In this document: positions 19,477 to 30,000 of the stretch, one piece after another
How the letters are laid out: each line of letters starts with the position of its first letter
Numbering within the stretch: the stretch's first letter is position 1
From: Desulfobacterales bacterium
GTDB lineage: Bacteria; Desulfobacterota; Desulfobacteria; Desulfobacterales; UBA2174
Direction of reading: 5' to 3'
Assembly (NCBI GenBank): GCA_963668645.2
Contig: CAXXWC010000021.1
Location: 128,001 to 192,000, forward strand
Length of the DNA: 64,000 nt
Translations under genes and position numbers: made by a program
Notes under the pieces: model-generated
Databases searched by the model: none
What the model was told of the DNA's origin: nothing
The model's input: the letters and a program-made list of their open reading frames with translations, nothing else

Positions 19477-19758
19477 ATGAGTACCAAACGTCGACAGTAC
19501 AAACCCGAATTCAAGGCCAAGGTCGCCTTGGCTGCCTTACGCAATGAGCAAACACTGGCTGAGCTGGCCAAACGCTTCGATATCCACCCGACCATGATCA
19601 GCACCTGGAAAAGGGAGCTGCTCGACGGGGCCGCCGACATCTTCGAGAAAGGGCGCAGAGGCAAGCAGGTCACTGATGTCCAGGTCGGCGAACTGTACCG
19701 CCAGATCGGCCAGCTTAAGGTGGAAAACGATTTTTTATCACGCAAGCTCGGCTCCTGA
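19477..19758 (+). CDS. IS3 OrfA (HTH)
   Basis: RRQYKPEFKAKVAL...LAELAKRFDIHP...WK. Confidence 0.92.
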   Translation: MSTKRRQYKPEFKAKVALAALRNEQTLAELAKRFDIHPTMISTWKRELLDGAADIFEKGRRGKQVTDVQVGELYRQIGQLKVENDFLSRKLGS

Positions 19759-19778
19759 AGCGCGACCTGCGCCGTGAT

Positions 19779-20615
19779 ATGATCGATCCATCTCACGAGA
19801 AGCTGAGCATCGTACGCCAATGTGACATGCTGAACATTTGCCGTTCCTCATTTTACTACAAATGCAAGCCGATCAAGCCCGAGGACTTGGCGCTGATGCG
19901 CCTGATTGACGAACAGTTCCTCAAGACACCGACCTGGGGCAGCCGCAAGATGGCCGATTGGCTCTGGCGGCATCATGGCATGAAAAAGAATCGCAAGCGG
20001 ATCCAGCGCCTGATGCGACTGATGGGCCTTAAGGCGATCTACCCGCGGCCACGAACCACACAGCCTCATCCCGGGCATAAAGTCTATCCGTACCTGCTGC
20101 GAGGTGTGGCCATCGAGCGGCCCAACCAAGTGTGGTCGGCCGATATCACCTACATCCCGATGCGCCGGGGCTATATGTATCTTGTGGCCATCATTGACTG
20201 GTACAGCCGAAAGACGCTGTCCTGGCGCGTGTCGAATACGATGGAGGCCGACTTTTGCGTCGAGGCCCTGGAAGAGGCCCTGGCGCGCTATGACAAACCG
20301 CAGATTTTCAACACCGACCAAGGCTCCCAGTTTACCAGCACGATCTTTACTGAACGGCTCAGGGACCACCAGGTGGCCATCTCCATGGACGGCCGGGGCC
20401 GCTGCCAGGATAACATCTTTATTGAACGACTGTGGTGGACACTGAAATACGACTACATCTACCTACACGCTTTTGACAACGGAAACGAACTTCGCCGGGG
20501 GCTCGATAAGTGGTTCTCGTTTTACAACCAGGAGCGCCCTCATCAAAAACTTGACGGCAGAACACCGGATGATGTTTATTACGGTTTGCCTGCCACCATG
20601 GCTGGGGCTGCCTGA
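19779..20615 (+). CDS. IS3 OrfB DDE integrase, probably fused to OrfA by -1 frameshift at TTTTTTA (19731-19737)
   Basis: WSADITY, NTDQGSQF, DNIFIERLW; OrfB is in the -1 frame and open across the slippery site. Confidence 0.92.
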   Translation: MIDPSHEKLSIVRQCDMLNICRSSFYYKCKPIKPEDLALMRLIDEQFLKTPTWGSRKMADWLWRHHGMKKNRKRIQRLMRLMGLKAIYPRPRTTQPHPGHKVYPYLLRGVAIERPNQVWSADITYIPMRRGYMYLVAIIDWYSRKTLSWRVSNTMEADFCVEALEEALARYDKPQIFNTDQGSQFTSTIFTERLRDHQVAISMDGRGRCQDNIFIERLWWTLKYDYIYLHAFDNGNELRRGLDKWFSFYNQERPHQKLDGRTPDDVYYGLPATMAGAA

Positions 20616-20930
20616 TGTCCGGATACCAGAACCGGCTTGGAGCTTATTCTACCAACCAGGCTGTCCAAATAATTGGGTCCACCGCCAGCCTCTCCTTTGT
20701 GAATTTGAGCGGTTCACATCTGGAGGGGCTTTCATTTGTTCCCGTAAATGTCAAACACTGCTGAGTCCCCCGGCATAGCCGGGGGTTTACCTAAGGGCAA
20801 TTACGAATCATAGTGAATAGGCTGGAACAACCGACTGATAATACAAGCAAATAGTGACCGGCAGGAGCTTATTGTTATAATCGATCGAAATGCCACCTGT
20901 AATTAAAAATCCTCATCGGAAGTCAATCAT

Positions 20931-21086
20931 GATGCTTTCGTAAAAAGTCCGGAAACCGTCATGCCGGACTTGATCCGGCATCCAACACCCTCTGTAATTA
21001 CGGATTCCTGCTTTCGCAGGAATGACGTATGAAAGGCAAAAGGAATGACAGTACGAAAGGCAAATCGGACTTTTTACGAGGTAATC
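20931..21086. mobile_element. MITE, 156 bp (copy A)
   Basis: TIR GATGCTTTCGTAAAAAGTCC / GGACTTTTTACGAGGTAATC; flanking duplication AATCAT; very similar copy at 46165-46320. Confidence 0.8.
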
Positions 21087-21110
21087 AATCATGAATATCC
21101 GATCAAGATT

Positions 21111-22142
21111 TTACGTCCCATCGCCCAATCCGTCCAAATTTGCCATCGAGACCGATCGATTTCCTTTTTCAATTTCGTGAATCATGGCTACGATGGCATC
21201 ATTGACCGGAGTCGGCACGTTGCAGCGTTTTCCTTGTTGACAGATATAGCCGTTGAGAAAATCGACTTCAGTCCGGCGGCCGCGCTCGAGGCTCTGCAAA
21301 CTCGACGAACGGATCCGACGGTACTTGTAGCCGATGATACGAATCGTCAAGTGGCGCTTCAGTTCGCCAAGCCAGCCCTTATTTCCCAGAAAACGGCTGT
21401 AATCGAGTTTGCCGCCGCCTCCCGGCGGCACGGTCAACTTCATGGCGTCGGCCACCGCCATGGCTTCGCTCATGATCGAGATGAATATCACGCGGATCTT
21501 CTTGACCGCCAGCAACTGACCGAGCGGCACCCCGGCGATGACCCCCAGGGAATTGATGCAGCTATTGACGATCAGCTTGGAATAAAGTTCGCCGATGATG
21601 TTGGTGGTGATGCGGGCGGGGGCTGCTGCGGACAGCATTTCCCGAATGGCTTCAAGCCGTGCATCGACCATCGAGTCGAGCCTGCCGACGACGAAATCCC
21701 CCTCGGAAGTGATCTCCATCCGGCCGGGTCCATGAAAGGTCGCCCCCCAGGCCACCACGCAGCCGACGATTCGCTCTTGGCCCACTACTTTGGCCAGGGC
21801 TTCCTCACAGATTCCGTTCTGGAGCGATACCACCGAAGCGTCAGGCTTCAAAATTGGAAGAAAACTTTCTGCCGCTTCAATGGCTTCACCGGCCTTGGTC
21901 GCCAGGAAAACGACATCCAATGGCCCCTGGAGTTCGGCTGTCGTTTGAACGGCCCGCACGGGTATATGACTGTCGCCACCGATCCCGAAGATATGAAAAC
22001 CGGGTTCCTTGCCCAGGCCGACCGCCTCGGTATGTTTGCAGACAACCTGAACATCCCATCCAGCCTGCGTCATCCTGGCCCCGGTTACCCCACCGATAGC
22101 GCCTGCTCCCAAAACCGCGATTTTCAGTTTTCTGGTTTCCAT
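21111..22142 (-). CDS. panE: 2-dehydropantoate 2-reductase (PanE/ApbA family)
   Basis: GAGAIG, FLATK, SLQNG, KLIVN, SSLQSLERGRRTEVDFLNG. Confidence 0.9.
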   Translation of the reverse strand: METRKLKIAVLGAGAIGGVTGARMTQAGWDVQVVCKHTEAVGLGKEPGFHIFGIGGDSHIPVRAVQTTAELQGPLDVVFLATKAGEAIEAAESFLPILKPDASVVSLQNGICEEALAKVVGQERIVGCVVAWGATFHGPGRMEITSEGDFVVGRLDSMVDARLEAIREMLSAAAPARITTNIIGELYSKLIVNSCINSLGVIAGVPLGQLLAVKKIRVIFISIMSEAMAVADAMKLTVPPGGGGKLDYSRFLGNKGWLGELKRHLTIRIIGYKYRRIRSSSLQSLERGRRTEVDFLNGYICQQGKRCNVPTPVNDAIVAMIHEIEKGNRSVSMANLDGLGDGT

Positions 22143-22537
22143 GGGATCCTTTCAAAGGTTTGATTTCCGTTATCGCTCTTCATGGGAACATAGAATATGG
22201 AGTATGAGATATGATTGTGCGTTTCTGATTAATTTATCATGCTGCTTCCGGCGCATAGTGCAACGTCACCAGTTGTTCCGCACGTAGAACCAGAGAATCG
22301 CAAGTCTGCCTATCATTATCTCAAAGTTCAACCTCGATCACTCTACCATCGAGAATTTCGGCCGCAGTTCCAATCTGGCCGATCATCGGTCCTCGATCCC
22401 AATCTGCGTTTTCAAAACAGGAACCAGCCCAAAAGAGATTGCGAATAGATTTTCAATTTTACATACGGTTCTTTGTGGGTGCCCTTGCCGGGCACGTCGT
22501 TTTTCCCGGTCAAGTTCACCCGTTCGCCATTGCTTTA

Positions 22538-22939
22538 TTATTGATGGGACGCCATGTATTCGGTAACTGCTTGGGCTAAAATGCCAGATCGGGTTTCACC
22601 ATGTTTTTTAGCAAAATAATCCAATGAATTTAACAATCTTTCCGGCATAGTAATATTGACTCTTTTGGATTTTAGGGACAATTTGCTCAGATTCACCTCA
22701 ATGATCGCCCATATGCCGTTTTTAAAATCCGGGTTGTCTTGGTGGCCCTCAATAGTTGTAGCAACTGGGATGGGCCCTGAGTCTATCAAAATGCCTTCAA
22801 TGTGGCATTCCGCAGCTTCCTGGGCATTTACTAAAGCCTCTTCAACTGTTTCTCCTGCGGAAAAACAACCCGGTAAATCAGGAACCGTAACGCCATAATC
22901 CGAATTTTCATCTTTATGGATTACAACCGGATATTTCAT
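22538..22939 (-). CDS. hicB: HicB antitoxin with C-terminal RHH
   Basis: YGVTVPDLPGCFSAGETVEEA; RVNITMP...ETRSG. Confidence 0.93.
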   Translation of the reverse strand: MKYPVVIHKDENSDYGVTVPDLPGCFSAGETVEEALVNAQEAAECHIEGILIDSGPIPVATTIEGHQDNPDFKNGIWAIIEVNLSKLSLKSKRVNITMPERLLNSLDYFAKKHGETRSGILAQAVTEYMASHQ

Positions 22940-22943
22940 AATC

Positions 22944-23132
22944 TCACCTCCATTGCCAACCCGCCTGTTGATAAATATTTCGAAGTGTGCCGACAGGGAG
23001 ATCCATCTTTGGATGGGGAACAGTAACTTTACCTGGTTTTTCCGTATGCCTGAATTGGTGATGGTCTCCTTTTGTGTGATGGAGAATCCACCCATCCTTC
23101 TTCAAACGGTGTATTATTTCCCCGCTTTTCAT
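22944..23132 (-). CDS. hicA: HicA mRNA interferase toxin
   Basis: LKKDGW...KGDHHQFRH..KPGKVTVPHP..DLPVGTLRNI.QQAG. Confidence 0.93.
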   Translation of the reverse strand: MKSGEIIHRLKKDGWILHHTKGDHHQFRHTEKPGKVTVPHPKMDLPVGTLRNIYQQAGWQWR

Positions 23133-23133
23133 G

Positions 23134-23168
23134 GTGTGTACCGTACACACTTATAGGCTGGTTGTCAA
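23134..23168 (-). promoter_or_regulatory. hicAB promoter with palindromic operator
   Basis: TTGACA-N17-TACGGT-N7-ATG; palindrome GTGTGTAC-C-GTACACAC at 23134-23150. Confidence 0.65.
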
Positions 23169-23237
23169 TTTTGCGATGAGAACTCTTGGCGAACCTACAA
23201 ACCCCGCAGTGGCGGGCTTCCAGAATTTCATCTGGCA

Positions 23238-23471
23238 TCAGTAGTGCTTCAAGCGCGTCAACGAAGATATGAATGGAGACGGGCATGCATCCGCGATGAC
23301 CAGATGTTGAAGAGGTTTGCCCGTAGTTGGACCCCAAACGGCTGCGCCGCCGGCCTGGCCCTTTTCTCCGGCATGGTCGATGTGGTTGCACGCGGCGATA
23401 TAAAGGGTATTGTCATAGGCTCTGGCGACCATGTATCGGTTCCACACCTCAAGGCGCCATTCACCGCCCAC
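23238..23471 (-). pseudogene. Carbon-nitrogen hydrolase (nitrilase superfamily) C-terminal fragment
   Basis: W...ARAYDNTLYIAACN...GGAAVWGP; no N-terminal part. Confidence 0.6.
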
Positions 23472-23730
23472 GAGCGATGCGTGGAAGGCGACGACTGCGT
23501 TTTTAGCCCCTCACCTTGACGATACAGGGCTTCCATTTTTGTTTGAACCCGAGGTCGCGGGCGGATGGGGCGCATTCGAAAAGCCCGTTGTATTTTCTTG
23601 ACAAAAAGATAGTTTTTACTATAGATGATTCGGCAGGTTGGAGCTAGGAAGGCATGGCATCAAATAAGTTGATGCCATAAACAACGTGTTTTTCCGATTG
23701 CTCGCAATACTGTCTTAAAATCTCAGCCTG

Positions 23731-23904
23731 GCCGAAAAAGAAGAACAAGTCGATAAGCTCGGAGAATCGGTGCCTTTGGATCGGTCGGGCCTTCCCGACG
23801 ACATACTCGTGGCCCTCGTTTGACCGGCGCCCTGGGCCAGCGTCTGCACCACGGGCGAAGTAATCGTGGTGGATGGCGGGGTGTTGCTGGCCCATTGGAC
23901 CTGA
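23731..23904 (+). pseudogene. Short-chain dehydrogenase C-terminal relic
   Basis: VPLDRSGLPDDI...*...TTGEVIVVDGG with an in-frame TGA at 23821. Confidence 0.6.
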
Positions 23905-24035
23905 TGACCTAAAATACGATCGAAAGTGTTTTTGATAAAACGCATCACGTCGTTTCAGGCTTTGTGGATCATCACGATTAAAGCTGACTGAAGTTTTCCC
24001 TTGTTCCGGGTAGAGCGCAGATCAACGGAGGTCGT

Positions 24036-27000
24036 ATGCGCAGTGGGTTGAGGTGTCTTAAAATGGCACTGGTTGTATTATTTATTGTTTTTTATTCAAT
24101 TGGTTATCAAATACCCGCTTTTGCCTTTATCCCGGAAATCGCCTTTGACGACATGGTGCAGCTTGCCGATATCGTGTTTGTCGGAAAGGCGGAACAGCTG
24201 TCTCCCAGAATCGCCAAAAACCGGAAGATGGTCGAAACCGATGTGATCTTCACCCAGATACAGGTGATCCATCAAAAAGACACCGTAACCGAAAACATCG
24301 GCAGCCAGATCACGCTGACCTATGAAGGGGGCCGGTTCAACGATGCCTATACCCTGGTCAGCGACATGCCGAGCATCGAAACCGGACAGCGCTATCTGGT
24401 GTTCGCCTACTACGACGGTCAGTCTCATGCGAATCCCTTTGTGGGCGGAATGCAGGGACTTATGAAGATTGCCGCCGACGAGATCACCGGAAAACAATAT
24501 CCGTTGAAGCGCGGCGATTCGGGCATTTCTGAAATTCGGGAAGGCAGGCTTCGCCTGAGCCCGGGCATCAAAAAAATTCGCAGAGGGGTTCTGGAAAAAG
24601 CCGGATCCAGGATGGATGTCAAACGTGCGGCAGACCCCAAAACCCCTGAACTCTGGCCCGCAAAGCCCCGTAGCCACAAAGACCGGATGCCGCAAAAAAT
24701 CATGGATCTGGATGAGTTTACCGGGCATATCGAAAAGTCCCTGAACAAAAGGCCATCCAAACAGGTCCTGGAAAAATGGGGCAAAAGGGCCGCTTCAGCC
24801 CTGCATCGCCCAAGTGATCCGGCGGCGGCCGTGGAGGAAAATGGATGGGAATTTTCAGATGGCGGGAAAATCATCGTTCTGAATCCCGATAAAGTCCACT
24901 GCCCGCCCGTTGAATCGAAAATCGATGGCGAAGCGGCGGTTTACGATCAAAAAACGGCCGTTACAAGCCCTTCAGGGGGAACCTCCTGGGACGATATCTG
25001 GATCTACGGATGGCACGATCTTCCCGTGATCATGGACTTGGTGCCCACCGATTACTGGACCTACGTTTACGATACCCAGGCCATGGGCCAATACAATTTG
25101 TATATCGATGAATTGTTTCGGGTCAGACCGTGGGACGGCGGTTTCGCCAATTATAATACATATAGTGAATTTTGCGGTTTTCTCACCGATGCCCAAAAAA
25201 AGGACGCTTACGGGAGCGGATGGGGCGACGCCATCGCCGTGTGCCGAATTATCGGCGCAGCCTGTGAAAGTTGTCAAATCTTCGAAGCGGACGTGATGTT
25301 CGCGGCCGAAGAAAACTGGACCGGAGATTACCAGTGTCAGTTGTCCAGGGGCGTGTCAGACAGCCCCTGTTATCAGACCTATCTTTACCTGCCGGTGGCG
25401 GTGCATGAGCTGGGGCACACTTTAGGGCTGTTGTCCGGAGGAAAAGACGAGAGCTATGACTACGATATACCGACGGTCATGAACGGCGGACTTGAAAATG
25501 CCGTTGAAGACGGCCGGGGTCTCCATGTGGGGGATGCCTATCTGCTCCGGTACTGGTATGCCGATCAGCGAAGCAGTGCCAGCATGAATTACGACGACAT
25601 CGGCATCGAAAGCTGGGTCTCTCAGGGCGGAACGGTCAATGCCGTCACCGATAAAAGAGCATACGACATCGGCGAACAGATCTGGATCGATAACGTGACC
25701 GTTGAAAACATCGGACGCCATGACGCGCCCAATGTGCGCATCCGGGCCTTTCTGTCCAAGCAGGGGGAACTGAAGAGCCTTATCAGCGAACGAAACGAGC
25801 TGGATCTGGACCTGATTCCGGCGGACCGGATGTTGATCGGTCCCCCGCCGTCCAACGAATACTACGAATGGTCGAACTTGTCATCGAACACTTTCTGGGC
25901 TGGTGAACTGGCGTTTGTCATTCCGGATCATATCCCCATGGGCGATTATTACATCAACTTGGTGGTGACCGCCAACAACGACCAGTCCGTGATCGGCGCT
26001 GAGCCGGGGGACACCTCCTATCACGAGATAACCATTCAAAATAACCATACGTTTGTCAAACTGCCCATCGAGGTGACTTGCCCCGAGCCATCGGCGCCGG
26101 CCAATTTCAGCATTCAGGAAACGGATGTGGACGGTGTGGTCCTGACCTGGGATGCAGTTGCCGATGCCCGATATTACAAGGTCATGCGAGTCCCCGTGGA
26201 CGATCCGCAAAACACCACGATTCTGACCTCCACCCTGACCGCAAATTCCTACAAGGACACTTCTGGAGTTCCGGGAACTTATTATTATTATGGGGTTTCG
26301 GCGCAAAGCTCATGCCGGGCCTGGAGCGACTGGGCCTTCTCTTCTTGGGCCGCTTCTCGACTGCTGACCCCGCCGTGCATCAAAAGCGCCACCGACGGAA
26401 CATCCGCCGACGAAATTCAGGTGATTGCCCAGCGTGTGGATCAGGGCGATTATTACTGCTTTTATTACAGCACGGTGAACGATCCGGCAACGGCGGTTCA
26501 GGTTCCCGGCGAATGCTGGACCTCGGATACCAGCGCCCTGCATATGAACGCGACGCCCGGACAGACGTATTACTATTGGGCCAAGGCCGCCACCAGCGAT
26601 ACCGGAAACAGAGCCTCCGGGCTGGGAGGCGCTTGCCCGGACCATTCCGGATGGCGCAAGCTTTCCCCGCCTGCCGAAGTTACCGCCAGTCAGTCGGACA
26701 CTGAGGGCATTCGGATCAGTTGGTCGGCCGTATCCGGAGCCGCGGCCTACCAGGTGTATCGCCACACGGAGAACAATCCCGCCGCCGCCACGGCCATTAC
26801 CGACTGGTGGGCCGATCTCTTGACATTTTTCGATTCACCGCTGGATGAGGGGCGGCAGTATTACTACTGGGTTCGGTCCTCGGTGGGGGCAAACGGCGAC
26901 CGGCCCAGTGATTTCAGCGCTTCCGCCGTGGGGTGGAAATCCTATGAACCGGCCCACAAGGTTGACATGACCGGCCTGGGGGCATCCAAGGGGAGTTCTG

Positions 27001-30000
27001 GCGACAAGATCGTCATATCCTGGTGGCCGGCCAGCAATGACAGCTATTATTACCGTGTCTACAGGACCACGAATTTCAGTCCCGAGGGAGATCCCGCCGC
27101 AAGCTTGGCGACCCCTGTTTCAGGATGGCAGCAAAGTATTTCAGTCTTCGAGGATACAACGGGAATCCCGGGCGTCGACTATGGGTACTTTGTGTCCCGG
27201 GCATACGATGCCAACGGAAACCGGGAAAGCGACTGGCAACGGTGCAGCGCATGTTTCGATTCCGGATGGCGGGCACTTTCATCACCGACCGGCATCGGGG
27301 CTTCTCCAGGCACTTTTGCCGACCGCATTCGCGTGACCTGGGCTGCTGCCGAAGGTGCTACCCATTACCGGGTGTACCGGGGCACAAGCGAAGCATACTC
27401 CCTCAAAAATCCGCCGGTTCCGATCTCCGGCTTTATCACCGGAACTCAGTTCGACGACATGGACCCGGCCCTGGAATCCAAAACCACATATTATTATTGG
27501 GTGACAGGGGCCATTAACGCGGCCGGGGACCGTGAATCGGGAAGCATCGGCACCCTGGGAAAGCGCGGATACAAGGCATCTTCTCCGCCTGACGGTGTAT
27601 CAGCTACGGACGGCGCGCATACGAATAAAATTGTGATTGTCTGGAATCCGGTTCCCGGCCTCGATGAATACCGGGTTTACCGCAATACCGTAAACGATCC
27701 GGATACCGCCGCCAGGCTGAGCGGCTGGCAGACATCCCTCACCTTTGACGACGAGACCGCAGACACTGGTCAGGTATACTATTACTGGGTCAAAGCCCGT
27801 CTGAACGCAAAGGACACCGAACCGAGCCCCTCAAGCGAGGTCGATACGGGATATCGCGGCTTTGTGCCGCCGGCAGGGGTTGCTGCCAGCGATGGAACCC
27901 ATACGGATAAAGTGGCTGTGTCGTGGCAGGCGTCGCCCGGGGCGGAGTATTACCGGGTTTACCGGAGCACGTCGAACGACCCGACTGGGGCCGTGGCGGC
28001 GAGTGCCTGGCAAACCGCCCTGTCGTATGAAGATACGGGTGCCAACGTTGGGATTGAATACCACTACTTTGTGGCGGCCGCAGTCAACAGCCGGGGGGGG
28101 CTGGCCAGTGAGCTGGGAACCGGCGATGCCGGTCATCGGGTTCTGGCCCCGCCGAAAAGCCTTCTGGTATCTCAGGGAACCTATAAATCGCTTATCGGAA
28201 TTTCCTGGGACAAGGGTAACGACGAGTCGATCCGTTACAGGGTTTTCCGATCCATGGTAAACGATCCGGCCACGGCCCAGGCCGCAAGCGGCTGGCAAAG
28301 CGCCCTGACGTTCGAGGACACGGCCGTTGACCCAGGCCAGACCTACTATTACTGGGTAAAGGGGAGCGCAGACGTCGATGGAGCAATAGAAAGCGCCTGG
28401 AGCAATAACGGAATCGGCCAGTCCGGCTATGCCTGTGCCACACCCGATCCGCCGGTCAACTTTAGGGAACAGGGCACGGATGCCGAGGGAATCGGGTTGT
28501 CCTGGGATCCGACCCCCGGGGCCCGCCGGTATCAACTGCTGCGTCATACCGCCAACGATGTCGCCAATGCTCAGATATTGGCAGGCGGACTTGGCGGCAC
28601 CGATGTCAGTTCAGCCCCGGCAGAGGGTCTGAGCGGCGCCGATGCCGGGGATCCGACCCCGGTACTTCCCGGGGATTTGACTGTAGCTTTTTACAAAGAC
28701 AGTTCCGCGGTACCGGGAATGGCCTATTACTACTGGGTTTCAGTACAAAACGAATGCATGGTCTGGAGTGATCCGGCGCCGCTGGCCGGCCCGGCAATCC
28801 GTCCCCTGGGTTCGGCCTGCATCGAGAGTGTTACGGACGGGACCTCGACTCAAGAGATCCGGATCACGGCCCAAGGGGTGGATTCGGCCACGCATTACTG
28901 TTTTTATTACGATACGGAAGACTCTCCGGATAACGCTGTACCGTTGCCCGGCGCCTGCTGGGTGCCGGATACCACGGTGTCGCATACGGGAACCGAACCG
29001 GGCCGGACGCATTACTACTGGGTGAGGGCGGCAACCGGGCCGGCCGGAGAAAACGCCGGCGATCTGGGCGGCGGATGTCCGGATAACAGTGGATGGCGGG
29101 CTCTGGAACCGTTGGTGGGGATATCGGCAACCGACGGGTCATATACGGATAAGGTGCAGGTTTCCTGGGCTTTCATTTCCGGAGCGACCCATTACCGGGT
29201 TTATCGAAGCCTGGAAAACAATCCGGCCACAGCTCTGCCTGTCAGCGAATGGCAAAGCAGCACGGATTTTGACGACACGAGCGCCGCTGCAGGAGAGTTC
29301 TATTACTATTGGGTGACCGGGGCTGTGGATGCCGCCGGAACCCGGGAGAGCGCTTGGAGTGGCGGCGGGGTCGGGGAACAGGGGTATGCCTGCCCGACGC
29401 CCGAATCAGCGACCAATTTCCGTCAGCAGGGAACAGATGCCGACGGGATCGGACTGTCCTGGGATGAAATGAGCGGCGCGCGCGGATACAGACTGCTACG
29501 CCAGACGACTGACGATTCGGCTCAGGCCGAAGTGATTGTCGAAAACATGATCGGCACTTTCTACAAGGACACTGCCGCTGTGCCCGGTGTGGGTTACTAC
29601 TACTGGATTTTGGTGCAAAACGATTGTGCCGCCTGGAGTGATCCAGCGCCTCTGGCCAGCGCGGCAATCCGTCCCCTGGCATCGGCCTGCATCGAGAGTG
29701 TTACGGACGGGACCTCGACACAAGAGATCCGGATCACGGCCCAAGGGGTGGATTCGGCCACGCATTACTGTTTTTATTACAATACGGAAGACGCTCCGGA
29801 TACCGCTGTACCGTTGCCCGGCGCCTGCTGGGTGCCGGATACCACGGTTTCGTATACGGGAACCGAACCGGGCCGGACGCATTACTACTGGGTAAAGGCG
29901 GCAACCGGTCCGGCCGGAGAAAACGCCGGTGATCTCGGCGGCGGATGCCCGGATAACAGTGGATGGCGGGCTCTGGAACCGCCGCAGGGGATATCGGCGT

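Larger units (their letters stand above)
19409..20686 (+). mobile_element. IS3-family insertion sequence, 1278 bp
   Basis: IRs GGCGGTGGTCCCCAAAAACTGGACA / GGCGGTGGACCCAATTATTTGGACA; 3-bp TSD AGC at 19406-19408 and 20687-20689. Confidence 0.92.
18884..20795 (-). mobile_element. IS200-like element (tnpA only) interrupted by IS3; ends approximate
   Basis: Subterminal hairpins CCTCCGGC-AGA-GCCGGAGG (18890-18908) and CCCCCGGC-ATA-GCCGGGGG (20767-20785). Confidence 0.8.

Noticed and set aside
21045..22163. 372-aa plus-strand ORF
   Set aside because: Antisense shadow of panE; same reasoning for 12309-13274, 14316-15065, 15581-16336, 43958-44791, 61861-62862 and 63239-64000
23598..24035. Third copy of the AraC-type motif upstream of the giant protease
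   Set aside because: Only one CGCAAT half-site near 23703, with no partner 21 bp away
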